Of a stretch of 64,000 nt of DNA, positions 50,276 to 63,275 are shown in pieces; within the stretch, counting starts at the first letter, position 1, and each line of letters opens with the position of its first letter. The translations under genes were made by a program, and so were the position numbers. Below the pieces are notes generated by a model. The model searched no databases, was not told the origin of the DNA, and saw nothing but the letters and a program-made list of their open reading frames with translations. The stretch spans positions 296,641-360,640 of the forward strand of contig NMRA01000075.1 of the NCBI GenBank assembly GCA_002633005.1, given 5' to 3'. The DNA is from Phoronis australis (lineage: Eukaryota > Animalia > Phoronida).

Positions 50276-50533
50276 ACGGTACAGCACTAGCTACAGCTAC
50301 AATTACCACGTTGGTTGAAAGTGAGAGAACAATTGATGTTAGTTGGACTGCAGCCGATGGACCTAAAGACAGGTACAAAGTTTCATGCGGCACACATCAA
50401 TTCATTGCTGACAAGACTGCTACCAACAAACGTTGTACTGGCTTGACTCCTGGATCTGAGTACGTCGTTACTATAACAACAGTCAAGGCAGGATTGGCTG
50501 ACGCAGTTTCAACACCGAAGACAGCTAAGACTA
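50276..50533 (+). CDS. Single exon encoding a fibronectin type III domain (part of an unresolved gene)
   Basis: SERTIDVSWTAADGPKDRYKVSC...TGLTPGSEYVVTITTV has the FN3 W, Y and L-x-P-G-x-x-Y motifs; polypyrimidine acceptor ctcag, donor gtgagt; 258 nt, phase 1-1, no stops. Confidence 0.82.
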
Positions 50534-50719
50534 GTGAGTGTTTACTGTCATATGCCTTGTTCTATATGCACCCTTACGCACGATACTGGGGAGACAATTG
50601 GTTAATGAAACAGGATCATTGAAATTACTCCCATTATCCGATATTCGCCAAGAAATGACTTCAGAGTCAATATTTGCCAATCTGCACCCTTATGATCTCA
50701 GATTTTGTTTGTCGACCCA

Positions 50720-51155
50720 TAGCCCTGGAATGCCAACTCCGGCACGTGGCCAAGCTATTCTGTTAAATAAACCTTTTCACCCGAGACCGGATGCGAGAGT
50801 TTACACTGTGAATTTCCGGCTGTCTGCTCGACTGAGTTTTGATCGTTTGTTTTAGTTATCAAATCAAGCCTAATTTCATTGCTTTATTGTCATTTTGACA
50901 TTTTTGTTCATGAAATAAGATTTTTGAGCTATTGTTCTATACAACCAGCGATTTCCAGGCTAAATTAATGAACAAAGCTGGAAATTACATTGGCCATTCT
51001 TAATACTGTAAACATCAAATTGGGAAGAGTTTGGGCTCCCCAGTGTTAGAACCACTTTCGGCAACCTATCAGTCTACATGCCACGAGTTTTTTAAAAAGA
51101 CATTTCTGGTTGTTAAGATCATGTTACTGTATTTTACGGAAAATAGGTATTTGGC
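50720..51155 (+). repeat. Dispersed repeat, inverted partner of 60295-60700
   Basis: Shared ATTTCCGGCTGTCTGCTCGACTGAGTTTTGATCG, TGTTAGAACCACTTTCG and CATGTTACTGTATTT. Confidence 0.75.
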
Positions 51156-53119
51156 TCCGAGTGTGATCTGCATTGTAAGGGAAATTTAACCCTACTGTGT
51201 GCGTGTTTGTGTTTACGTAAGGTTTCCTCTCAAACTCATTTAAGTCAGGTCTGCACGTCACCAGCTGGCCACATCACATGGCAAATCTGAAAAGACGCAA
51301 AACTTACGTCTTTATATGCAAAAAGACTTACAGCTTTCAATTGTATCTATAGTAATTCATTTCTGCAATGTTTACATGTTGCGCAGATAGCTTTTTCTTA
51401 ACACAATTCATGAGCCGTGAATGCCATCTGTAGTCTTTACCTATACCCGTGAAATAAACTTCAATAAATGAAACAGTTACCTTGTAAAAAATCCAATCCA
51501 ATGCTTTTCTGTTGCTGACTGCGTACATTGCCAATGGGGCTATTTGACAATCTTTACATTACTAGAGGGCACGCGTTTACTAGTGGGCAGAGATTACGCA
51601 GCCTCGATTTCGCGAGCCCTTTAAAACATCTTGAAATGGCTAGCAGCCGTGCCAATTTAATCTGAGGGGTGCTTCTGTGAGAGGAAGTAAGCACGACCTT
51701 ATACAAAGGTAAAGTTTATGATTATTTTAACGATTATTCCATGTTTAAAATACTGATGCCTGTTAACTGAGGTACTCGCCGATGTTGACTTCGCGGCAGC
51801 TTTCCAGTCGGGTTAATCATTGTTTGTTGTGATGTGTGTTACGATATTTGACGTAGCATTAGGGATCTTTTCGTACATCAAAGCAGTATTATTAATGTTT
51901 GGAATGATTTCTAACAAGTTTATGAGTGACAGTTCCACCAATCAATGCTGAATGTTTATGTTGTCAACTCGATATTGGTTAGGGAGGTAAGATTACAATC
52001 TAAGCCCTAAGAGTACGTGGCAATTATCCGTTTACCCCCTATCCTATGTCGTCCGGATATCTATTATACGTTGACATGGAAATATATGATGTCTAATTTT
52101 ATCTGACCTCTAGTTTTTACATGTAGGTTTGAGGGCTAGTATCGTGCAGGAGGAAATATGCATCGCTTCTGCAAATGTCCCTGAATGGACAAAAATTGGT
52201 TTTAAGCAGTTGACTGCAGCTAACCAGCAAGATCTTCCTATCCAGTGCAGATCTGTTGTCAAAGTCTACTTTCTGTATCGGCGACAAAGAACAAAGCGTT
52301 TGAAAGGGACAGCTGTTTTTAAAGAAAGGTATGTAAGTTGTTTGTTAATTTGCTTATTCAGGTCCTTAGGGAGGTTGTCATAGGGGATTGGGGTTGTAAA
52401 ATTTGGTGCAACTGAATGTGTGGAAATAGCAGGTACATGTAATAATGTCCGGGGGAACGAGCATGGTGAGATAATTCTTAATCCTCATGAAGTTCTTTCA
52501 AGTTTCATGAAACTGCTTTGCTATCCATTGTAAACCCATAAAAATATATTACATCTTCTGAATTCTCAATGACTGAACAGTCTTAACTCATGCCTTGAAA
52601 TTTTGCAAGTCATTTATAAACTCATATGACGCAATCAATAGAGCCTTAGGATTTTTAATTACTCTCAAACAACAGAAAGATTATCCATAATTTTTTAAAT
52701 CACAAAAGTCTTCATATCTTACATTAGAAGGAAAATAAAAAAATTCTGAGAAAAGGTTCCCTCAGCCTTAGACTGGAGTGTGCTTCACAGACCCATGATC
52801 TGTAATCGATGTTAAAATTGCTGAAAGTATCAAAAATCAAAAGGCTTGAAAATGAGTTACAAAGGTTTGAAAATGTCTCAAACAAGCATATTTTGCATAC
52901 AAGTGTTGCGTTTAAAGAATTATTATGGCTTTAAATGAAAAATAAAGACGCGGTCTTATACAATATGTATTACATACATCCTTGCTTTTTGGAAATAGTA
53001 ATTATTTAATTTTGTGTGAAATTGCAGAACATTTACCATATCACATTTTTGAAAAACAGTGGTAACATTTTTAGCCCAACATGAAGTACTTCGTTATTCA
53101 TGTTTCGATATTTGTTCCA

Positions 53120-53450
53120 GGTTCAGTGACATTTTTATGGCCACTTCAAGCTGCAACATAGACGAACTTTGCTGCTCCTTTCTCTTCCCACATCATGTCC
53201 ACACCCCAGCAGTGCTACATGGCACAACGTACAAGCCAGTGGCCCTGGAGAAATGTGAATCGCAGTACTAAGTTACCATAAGGAAATGTGCCAGTGGATT
53301 GTTTGTGTGTGAAGGGGAACTCATCTGACTGCTACACAAGTCAGCCTTGTTGGTGAGGATGCCCTTTCATAGGCAATGAGTTATGTGTGAGCAACAGTGG
53401 CTTTTTCCTTCTCTGGAAGAAACATGAGGGACTGAAGCTAAAGAAGACCT
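53120..53450 (+). mobile_element. YqaJ/lambda-exonuclease-like remnant of a DNA transposon (ISL2EU/KolobokP-type accessory gene)
   Basis: RFSDIF...HTPAVLHGTTYKPVALEKCE...KCASGLFV...LVGED, with stops and frameshifts; a possibly associated exon-like fragment at 52127-52328. Confidence 0.55.
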
Positions 53451-56400
53451 AGTAGCACTCTGGTCTAGTTCAGCGTCAGATTTTGGACTAAAAGCGAGTC
53501 AAGTGATATGTAGTGTTTTTATGTCCCAGGATTTAATTGTGGATATTATTTAGGCTTAATGAGGTTACTTGAAGAAAAGCCATGTGCCGAAACTGGGCCT
53601 TTTTACAAGCGCTTCTATAGGCCATTGAAACCAGATCCCAGTGAAATGAAAACCAAAAGCATCTGATGTAAATACCTGTCGTTTCTCACTGAGTGACATT
53701 AACTTTTCCTTTCAGAAGAAAGGCTTTATAGTATTGTAGAAATCTTTCAATTTGGTACACATTATGAGGAATTGACATTCAGTGACTGCATCGATTTTCT
53801 TATTGTCAGTAAAAAGCCCGTTAATGTTACACTTGGATGATCTAATAAATTTTTCATCAACATGTAAGTTTGTCACTAATTATTCAAACCACAATATTTC
53901 TTCAGTTTCTTCAGTTGTGCTGCTACTTGATAAAGCTGAAATGATTACGGATTACGCTTGCGAATTGTCATTTTCCTGTTGACCTACAAAAATGTCCGGC
54001 GATCAAAACAAAGTATTCCCTTTGTTTTCATTTGTTTTGTTTATGTTTGTAACCATTTTAAAGCTTTCTTAAGCCGGTACTTTTAACTTTTGTGTTAAAT
54101 TGTCTATATCAAAAGTTCCACATGAAAGCAAAGTATGTTTTCATTCGTAGCTAGCTGGATAAGAATCTGCTATGCACAAGATTTGAGAATAAACAATTAT
54201 CAGTGTATTTAAAAACAAAATGACAAACTGAACAACCACATACATACAAAGGAACAGCATTGTTAAAAACAACTGTAATTTTGCAAATGCAACAGAGTCC
54301 ATAATCAGGGATATCTAGGGCTGACTTTCTGAATTGAGAGGTTCAATTCTCTCGGCTTTTTGCTGAAGGACTGCTTTTCAATTTGTCGAAAGGCAAAATA
54401 GACAGTAAAGCAGCTGGTTTCAGTTGTTTTATTTTACCTGTAATAGGACAGTCAGAGAAATATTAGCAAATTATAAAAGAAAACACGAGACAAAACTACT
54501 TTTGTAAGGCAGAACATACTTGACATTAAATCTTCATGTTTATATGTAGAAGCTACTAATCTTTGTACCCAACTCTTATTTAAGATCTGAATTAAAACAT
54601 GCGAAATAGGCTAAAGGTGATTTAAGATTGTATGTTTTTCAGGACACCTAAAATGTGTTTCTGAAGATTCATTCTAGGTGTCAGTATTTATTCCAATACA
54701 ATGTTACGAATTTACTGAATAGCTCATTCATGTTAATTCGGTGACTAATCTTGTAGTCCTGAGGATGGGGTCCGCTATGAAATAAGGAAACTCACTAATC
54801 TAGGGAATCTTATTGGACATAGCATAGTTTTGAAGAGTAACTGCTGTGAAAAAGTCACCCTTGACTTCTGAGCGGCACGTCCCGTACACCAGTTATATTG
54901 GGAGCACTCCCACCCAGGACAATGTGTGCTGTTAGCCTACCATCCGGTCCCAGGTGAGTTTCAGAAAAAAACACTGAATTTAGATGAATAAACCCGTTAT
55001 TCATTGGGGGTAACTGCTGGGAATAACATTACTGAACGATGCCGACAGAAACTAATTGCTAAAAACTTTCCAAGTAACGAGAACAGGTAGTGTCTCAAGG
55101 GTAATGCATAGAGCACACACGGGGCGTGAGGCTTCGGTATCCACACATTATTTGTCACTTGGTTGACATTTTTGACCGCAGTTGTCCACGCCTGTAGTAA
55201 CCCTAAGCGTTTTGGGAATTTGTGACCACCTGTCGAAGATTTGTACCCGGGAAAATAGCAATAATAAGGCTTAGCGCGACGACATATTTTGAAAACAATC
55301 CGTCTTTTTACCAGCTGTTTACATGCAGACAGCGACGCATGCGCAATTCAATCACCACTAGTACAGCAGCGACACCGCGAGGAGAATTCGTCGAATAGCC
55401 CCAGTGTCCCTCTCTTGGCGGACTATCCCACTTTTTTAATCCCGCCACTGCATCAAAATTTACCGTTTTCTGACGCACGGCCACACAGAAAAGACGCTGT
55501 TGAGACGTTTTTGTGTGTGGCGGTGAATACTTCACACTTGCATTTTGACGTGGACTCAGATGTCTCGCTTTTCAATCCGTTTCATTCTCGAAGGCAACGC
55601 GTGTTCATTTGTCTCTTCGTCATGTATATTGCTGTTTTCTAGGATCCAATTTCTTTAGTAACACAGCAATCGTAAGAATTTGTCCCAGTGTCTCGTGTTT
55701 ATGCTTAAGTTCCACGTTGCAGTCTATGTATCCACAATACATTTCAAAATTTCACGAAAGACGCTTGCTCTTTTTTATCTGTCAGAAAGCTTTTATCTGC
55801 GAATTTCGGATAGATAAGTTGGAATAATTAGTTGATCACATTTTTGCACACGTCACTCCGTCCCGAGTTTTCACTGAAGAAAAGTATCAAACGGCACCAA
55901 AGGTCCAGTTAATATATCGAGAATTACAGTTTTGGACGAATAATTGACTAAGTTCTTCACAGCAACTTTAAGGTATCCATCTTCAAAAGACTTTGTCTTG
56001 ATAGGGTAGAAATCATTGAAATTATGTTTTTGCTAGTTTAACTAGTCATTAGTGTAACCTCTCTGGTTAATTTTATTTTTAAAGTCCTTCTCTCAAACTG
56101 CCCATGTGGTTCCAGTGTCCGAAAATACTTACTACATAAATTCTTATTTTCGACACCCTTTCTTTATATTCCTTTCGCCTTTCTTGCCAAAAGCGATTTT
56201 TTAACAGTATTTGACCCTTCTCTCTGAGCGTATGATTACCGGTTGTCATCGGTTATTTCCGTACCCACATTTCCGCCGCCCTTTTTTCCTTGTAATTGAA
56301 TGTGCTATGTCTTGCTCGAAAAGTCTTCATTATTTTGTTTTATTAGTAATATATCGTGATTCGTTTGCATATGTAGTGTATTTATAGTTTGTAGTTAGTG

Positions 56401-58729
56401 GTCGTTGATTTTTTTTGGAATGTTACGCGTACTTAGTATGTTAAAATAGCATTGGTGTTTAGTTCCTTACGTAGGCCGGTCGAACCGAGGAACCAATATG
56501 GGTCGAAACAATTTTTTTCGGTTTTATTTTTTTCCTCGTTTTGAAAAAGTACTTTGCTATCATCGGAAAGGTAGTACATTCTTCTCAGTAAAAATCGAAA
56601 AAGTATCAAAATTGGGGCAAGCACTGTAAAGTTATTGCAAGTTTTGTGGCGAAATTTGGGTCACTTTGTTTGGATCGCGTCGGCCATATTGGAGGACAGC
56701 GGGATAAGTTACGAGTTTATAACTTTGTGTAAATTGTTTTCGCCAACAAATTACGGTGAAATTTAGTTAGACATATCTCTACTTACTATTCTGCACGATT
56801 TAACAGTGTTCACCAAATTTCAGCCTCGCAGTTGTTACTCAATAAGTGATAAATGTGCTCACAATTCCCGTTGGACTTCGTCTCATTTCTGGCGGCACCG
56901 ACAACATGGCGACTTTTGCTGAACTGAAAGGCATGTTCAATCGGCTACTTTGTAATTTGTGAAGATTTAACGTTGATACATTTTGACAAACGTTGCTACA
57001 AAAAAGAAACTTTGTTCAATTTTCGTGTATTTTTGTGCAAAATATAAGATATATTCGAATTATTTCAGGTTATCAAGTCAACAATATGAATAATCTTAAT
57101 TTGAGAAATAAGCTATGTTGGATTGTGAACCTTCAAGCTTCTAATTCTTGTTCCTTGCAACTTCATATTTTTTAAATGATGCTTGTCAAATTCTGGTGTA
57201 AGGCAACACTATTACGTCACCATGGTAATAGTTACATGTATGTCCACTTTCATACCATGGAAACTGTTGCTGTTGAATAGTGTTTGTAATGCTAAATATT
57301 GTAAAGTATTGTGCATTTTAAGTTACTTATTATGTTGGGTTAATGAATAAAAATTGATAACATGTTGTATTGGATTTGTCATACTTAAAGATAGTAAAAG
57401 ATAGACATTCCCAAAAATTCCAGCCCCCCATTCTTTTAGGCTTGGTGCGCTCATACAAAGTCTGGGAAAATCTCTATTGAAAGCCAACAACTTTGCACAG
57501 TTCGCCAGAAGTACCCAAGTTCTAAATAAACCTCGTTTGAGCGAGCGCTGTGGCTAGCGACGAGTTAGGCCTAAGGGTAGCCTTGGCACAAAGCTGTATA
57601 GGCCTACTAACAAGCTGTATTTTGACGATAGTCTTCACTGGTAGCTGGTGACTGAGGCTAACTAGGGTCTGCCGCGGCAGTGTGACACAGGACTAACCAG
57701 CCCGTAATTTCATGCAAGTGTCTGAAACCACCCTTGAATATATGCAGCATTTATGATTTGGCCATTTTACTTTGACAGAACAGCTTGCAACCGCATGCAT
57801 TTACCGTTCGCCAGTGTCTGGTCTCGATCCGCACCGGGTCCGATAGGCTGCGGTCCCGAGTTTGGCAAAATAATTTTTGTAAAAATTTATTCGCTACATT
57901 TCTTCAGCAAATTCGATAAAATTGTCCGTAGTTTGATTTTATCAAAATTAAGGCGCACTGTCGATTATTTTATCCCCGTTTGCTGGCTGGTAACAGTACA
58001 GGCACTGCTCCAGTCGCACTGACGGCGTTTTCTCGGCCTGGGTTCCTGAATGAATTGTACTTCCGGGTTCGCGGCAAGTTCAAAATGGCGGTGGTTCTTC
58101 GGGTGCGAATCGTGAGTGGCCCGTTCATTTAAACTTTTTTGGAGTACGGATCGTGTATTAGTTATGGGGTAGGTACTTCTTGGATCCTTATAACATCTTC
58201 TAACCATGTAATAAGGGTTAACAACGCGTGAGAGAAGGACTTTAAGTTATTTTTAAGCCCTGGAATTCCATACATTGTGGTTATAATCTTGATTTTTTGG
58301 ATTAGAAAGAAAAAACCTGTCCGCTTTGCGAAAAGAGCATTATTGATGAATTAGATTATTTGTCGGTTGCTGATGTTATAATTATAGACCATCAAGACAT
58401 AATGAAGGGCCATCCAATGATATGACACGTATGCAAGTGTTTTGAAAAACGGAGGAGTTGCGAAAAGTTTTAATGGCAGTAAATTCCAGAGGAATAACCA
58501 ACACCGACATTAAAGCGCTCGGAGGACCGACGCTTGTCGAAATTAACTGAAAAGACGACGATGGAGATGATGGCGACGATGATGATTATGATGATGAAAG
58601 AGGAGATTATGAACAATATGATAACACTCATATGACTAACGAAGATGTCAGAAATCAGTAAGAAATCAGTCCAGTTATTCAACGGATGAGCCGGAAGTAA
58701 TTACAACAAAGGGTTTTATTGCATAAGTC

Positions 58730-59540
58730 GTATCCTCTCACACCCCTTAGTGTGAGAAAAAAGTCTATCGGAATCGGAGTGACGGAAGTTGGTTTTTCAA
58801 AATGGCGGACAAAATGGCTGCCAGATTTACATACTACCATTATAACTCGAGAATGGAATATGATAGAGTAAAAATTCAAAAAGGTTTGTGGGTCAACAAT
58901 ATAGTTTTGCATGGCTGTGGTGACACCGTCCGCCATTTTCCAAAATGGCCGCCAAAACTACTTCGAGTTGCACAACTTTGCACGAATAGGTTAGTGTGTC
59001 GTCTTGATTTAAACATTGCGTCATAGGTTTTCTGGGTCGACGTATCCATTTAGACTCATTGCGTTTGGCTCTAATGATTACTTCCGCCATTTTCCAAGAC
59101 GGCCACCAAATAGTTGCTTCCTGTAAGAACTTCAGATTCCACGCAGAGACACACAATCTTCGCAGATTTCATATCTTGAGTTCCATTGGTCAACATGTCT
59201 ATTATTTTCTACTGCTGTTTCTAAAATTAAATTATCTGCGTCACTTTGAGCTCATACCACTGTGCAACCAGTATTTCGAGCAAACTTGACAAGAAGTAAA
59301 TGAAACTTTGTTTTTGCTGTTTGCCAAAATCGTGAACTTGCTTCTTTGTCTTGATCACCATGTCACCATTGAAGTGAACTTCAGTTCCAACCACCCCACC
59401 GAGTCTTCGAACATGGGAAACATCTTACTTGATGGGCCACCTCCAAAACCATCAAAAACAACAGTAGGTTAGGTGTACTTGTTGACGTAATCCACATAAG
59501 CTCTACCAACTGACTGAAACTTTGCACCTCTAGGCCATTC
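58730..59540 (-). mobile_element. Academ-type transposon remnant (XPG/PIN-like nuclease region plus subterminal repeats)
   Basis: 59190-59540 (-): WPRGAKFQSVGRAYVDYV..TVVFDGFGGGPSSK..HVRR..KQSFI..AQSDADNLILETA; repeated AAAATGGCGG/CCGCCATTTT at 58795-59110. Confidence 0.62.
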
Positions 59541-60127
59541 AATACGGTGAAGGAGAGAACCGCCGTGCATGCATCACCGTATTTTCTGGAAATTGGTAAT
59601 CCTCAGGTTGGTCGTCCTCTACTTGACTAGAGTGCATCAGGTAATATTGATTTATTAGCGGCTCTGTGAAGACCAGATGTATCAAAAAGAGGGGGGAACC
59701 AACACACAGCTCAAACTTCAAAAGGCTTGATAAACGTTCACTGTAGTCTTTTGCATTTTTCTGTTTTTTCAGTCGAATGGGAAAAAGCGGATGCTGCAAA
59801 AATCCATGAAACGTCCTGTTTTTTCTGTGTAGTCGAACGCAAAAATGTAGTTATGTCGCGTGGCAAATTACAATAGTTCATGATATTATGTCAATTTAGC
59901 CGTGGGAGAAAATGATATAGTCCGTCAAGAATGGGTCAATTGCCAAGTACACTGTGCACTGTCAGCAACTCAAACCATGGGATTTGATTCTTTTACAAGG
60001 TAAACTTTCAATGTCTAAATCTTATTTCTCAGGTAGTGATAAGTACTACTGACAATGTCCTGGTCAGATATCAAATTAACAAAAACGGCATCTGAGCAAT
60101 AGTTGCACAAATTAATTATTATAGAAA

Positions 60128-60176
60128 CAACACACACACGCGCGCGCCTGCACACACACACGCACACGCACACACC
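60128..60176. repeat. Imperfect (CA)n microsatellite
   Basis: cacacacacgcgcgcgcctgcacacacacacgcacacgcacacac. Confidence 0.85.
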
Positions 60177-60294
60177 CATGCAGGCTACACACTCTCGGCT
60201 ACGCTATTACGAGCAATTTTTCGAACTGAAAGTCACGTAAATACACCTGTAAGTGGGGCTTCAAGTTTCCATTTTTATTTTGAGAAGATACTCA

Positions 60295-60700
60295 GAAACC
60301 AAATGTCACTACTTTCCGTGAAATACAGTAACATGTACTATAATAGGCTGACGAAAGTGGTTCTAACAGTGGATCTGAAAGCAGATGCAACAAGACTATT
60401 CCCGACATCAAGGGCCACAAGTTGATTCGCATAAAGAATGACCCGTGCAATTGTCGGGCTTGTTGACTATTTTCTGGAAGATCGATCGTTAACTGGGAAC
60501 GTACCTTAAGAATCCCCCTTGACGAACAAAAATAACAAAGTGAGGCAATGACATAAGTTTTGATTTGACAACTATAACGCTCGATCAAAACTCAGTCGAG
60601 CAGACAGCCGGAAATCTAAAGTGCAAACTCTAGCAGCTGGTCTTGGGGATGCAAGCTCTAAAAATTAGATGAGTCACGTGCGGAGTTGGTATTCTACGTC
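60295..60700 (-). repeat. Dispersed repeat, inverted partner of 50720-51155
   Basis: CGATCAAAACTCAGTCGAGCAGACAGCCGGAAAT and other shared blocks. Confidence 0.75.
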
Positions 60701-62145
60701 CGGAGGTTCCTGAAATTCATAAAATTGTTTTCTTAGTGCCTTCCACAGTCTTGTGCGATTCTGGCCGGCTTAGCTTCAACTACATGTATGAGCGACACCA
60801 AAGTTTGCGGAATCCTTCTGTTATCGAAATAACCTCAGAGAATGTATTTGATGGTGCAGTTTGTTATTGATGAGATTAAAAGTAAAAACACATTTTTTGT
60901 TGCTCTAGGTAAGTTCATATTAGGCTATACTTACGGAATCCCGATGGCTCCGCTCCGATTATAGGCATCCAGTAGGTGCGCTGTAAACGATGCAAGGGTA
61001 GGGGCATACATGAACATTTTGTAAACTTTCTGGGTTGTTCTAGATACTTATAGACCTACACAAAGTAACAAACGTTTAAACCCTGATTAGATCATTATGA
61101 CATGTCATAAAGAAAGCCATCAATACCTAAAATTTAATCCTAATGAAATCCGTAGGGAAAAAGATTCATAAAAAACCTCCCTTGTCACTTGCTGGAGCCA
61201 AGTGGTACTCCGCCATTTTTGATTTGCCGCTAACTTGGAAGAGGAATTCATTAAAGGCACTATTTCCGCTTCATTTTTGTTAAAAACTTCATGAAACGGA
61301 TCTTTACGCAAACACTTTTATTCGAAACCTAAGCCCAAATAATAGCCTTCGCCATGGCATCGAATTTTTTTATAATGAACTGAATTTAATACAGATTTTT
61401 TTAGCTTAATTTTTCATTTTGTGTGGTGCACCAAGAAATAAATGGATGCCGGACGAAGTGTCAATCGAAGATTCGAGTGTCGAATATGAACTTGGAGTTT
61501 TGGTTAATCTCAAGATCGTATACAGGCCTACGTGAACTCGGAATACCCACTCAAATAATCACGTTCAAGCTACTATAATTAGTTAACGGGTGAAATAAGT
61601 GCTTTTGGAACCAATAATTAAAGAAATTTGCTACATTGAACAAAATATTCACCAGATTTCTTTAATGTGTATTTAATTACGAGCTCACGCTTACGCGATC
61701 TTCAGATTAAGCAAAATTCAAGTTCACGCATACCAAACAAGTAATGGCAGGCGTTCGGTATAAGATAGGTTGTCCTCCGTTGAAAAGGCTTGCTGTCGTT
61801 GCTGATCGTCCTCAAGTTGACTATTACCGCCGTAAAGTTTGAAATGAAGATCAGTTTGGGTGCTGGACTTATCTGCGATCCCAGATGGCTGTTACACGGT
61901 CTCAGTAAGGAAAGATTTTGCTCGACAGGTAAGTCGTCAACGGATGTCCGAGGCGCACTTGTTACAGCAATGGTAACCATACTTAGTTTTCAGAATGTTA
62001 TGGTAGAGTTATTTTACTGCCTAACAGTACATAATAGAGCACACCGACATTACAATATTCCTTTAGTAGAATCCTTGGTGTCTTTGACTGAATATTTTTT
62101 GCGTTATTTTACTGTCTCGGTTTCGTCCACTTGTGTCGTGGATTA

Positions 62146-62283
62146 NNNNNNNNNNNNNNNNNNNNNNNNNNNNNNNNNNNNNNNNNNNNNNNNNNNNNNN
62201 NNNNNNNNNNNNNNNNNNNNNNNNNNNNNNNNNNNNNNNNNNNNNNNNNNNNNNNNNNNNNNNNNNNNNNNNNNNNNNNNNNN
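62146..62283. other. Assembly gap (138 N)
   Basis: Run of n. Confidence 0.99.
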
Positions 62284-62675
62284 TGATGAAGACAAATGAA
62301 TTGAGAAGGGGTCATCTGACCATGATGCATTCAAAAGAACCCAACATTGCTGAAGAATGCTTCGCCATCAACAGCAGGTACCTATTCTAGCTTTGGATAA
62401 TGGCACATTATAGCATTCTGTAATGTTAACAGCAACAGAAAGTGTGTTGTTTGTACCAAGGTATCAGCAGCCAATTGCCATCTCACGTTAACATGGATTT
62501 GATTTTATGTTGTAGAACAAGAGATTTGTTGGGAATTTTCAACCTGCTGATTCTTATGTACTCTGGCAAGCGTTTTGCTACTCTCAAGGCCTTGTGTACC
62601 GGCTTACCAGAATTCTGCTAGCTATCAAGGATCACAGCAGGCCAGTCCTGGAAGATGAAGCTGGCAATGCAAGGT
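62284..62675 (+). mobile_element. Kolobok-type transposase C-terminal remnant, with a relic intron
   Basis: K*IEKGSSDHDAF ... NFNLLILMYSGKRFA ... RILLAIKDHSRP, resembling the LE-x-FHN..Y..KR..LA..DHN region; degenerate. Confidence 0.5.
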
Positions 62676-63128
62676 AATTGATATAGCTGCGCCAAACATG
62701 CATTTTGGCTTCTGGTGTGGCCACGACTCAGTATTCAACAGGGGTTTAAAACTAAATTGTAAGTGGCCATTAGCGGGGTAGTGCTAAAATGAGTGATAAT
62801 TTAGGACTCTGCTAGAAACAAAGGGGCAAACACAAAATTGAGATGAGAAGTCGTGGGAAGGCAATGAACAAGCCATGCCACGTCCTGTTATGTCCCCAAG
62901 GATACATCAGTGCAGCTTATGACAAAAAGACCACCAGCAATGCTTACAAGAAAGTTGAATTTGATTGTTCCTTGAATGGGAGATGATTTAAATAACCAAA
63001 AATTGTGACATATGAATTAAAAATGTCCGAGTGTGCTCCACATGTCCTGTGTGGGTGTGCATTGTGTGTTTATTTTCATCCATGCAATGTTTCCTTGTCC
63101 ATACCTATGTCGCATGATATCTCAAGAA

Positions 63129-63275
63129 CAGTGCTGTAGTGGGGCGTAGGCGCACGTAGGCGCAGCCAACCCCCTTTTGGCATTTGAAGGTAGCGCTTAC
63201 GCACCGTACAGTGCTCAAGGTGATACAGTGGGCTTTTGGCACCTACTTACCACAAATTTTACCACTTCAGCACTG
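63129..63275. mobile_element. hAT-like MITE (147 bp)
   Basis: TIRs CAGTGCTGTAGTGG / CCACTTCAGCACTG; 8-bp TSD CTCAAGAA / CTCAAAAA. Confidence 0.82.

Noticed and set aside
52127-52328. Exon-like segment as the next exon after the FN3 exon
   Set aside because: It is phase-compatible, but the peptide has no extracellular-module features and looks more like the N-terminal part of the adjacent YqaJ-type transposon gene.
39415-59540. Two Academ fragments as the ends of one 20-kb element
   Set aside because: They are collinear on the minus strand, but the 59-kb fragment is immediately followed by its own subterminal repeats (58730-59110), which points to a separate deleted copy.
61790-62390. Long ORFs spanning 61.8-62.4 kb
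   Set aside because: They are artefacts of translation through the N gap.
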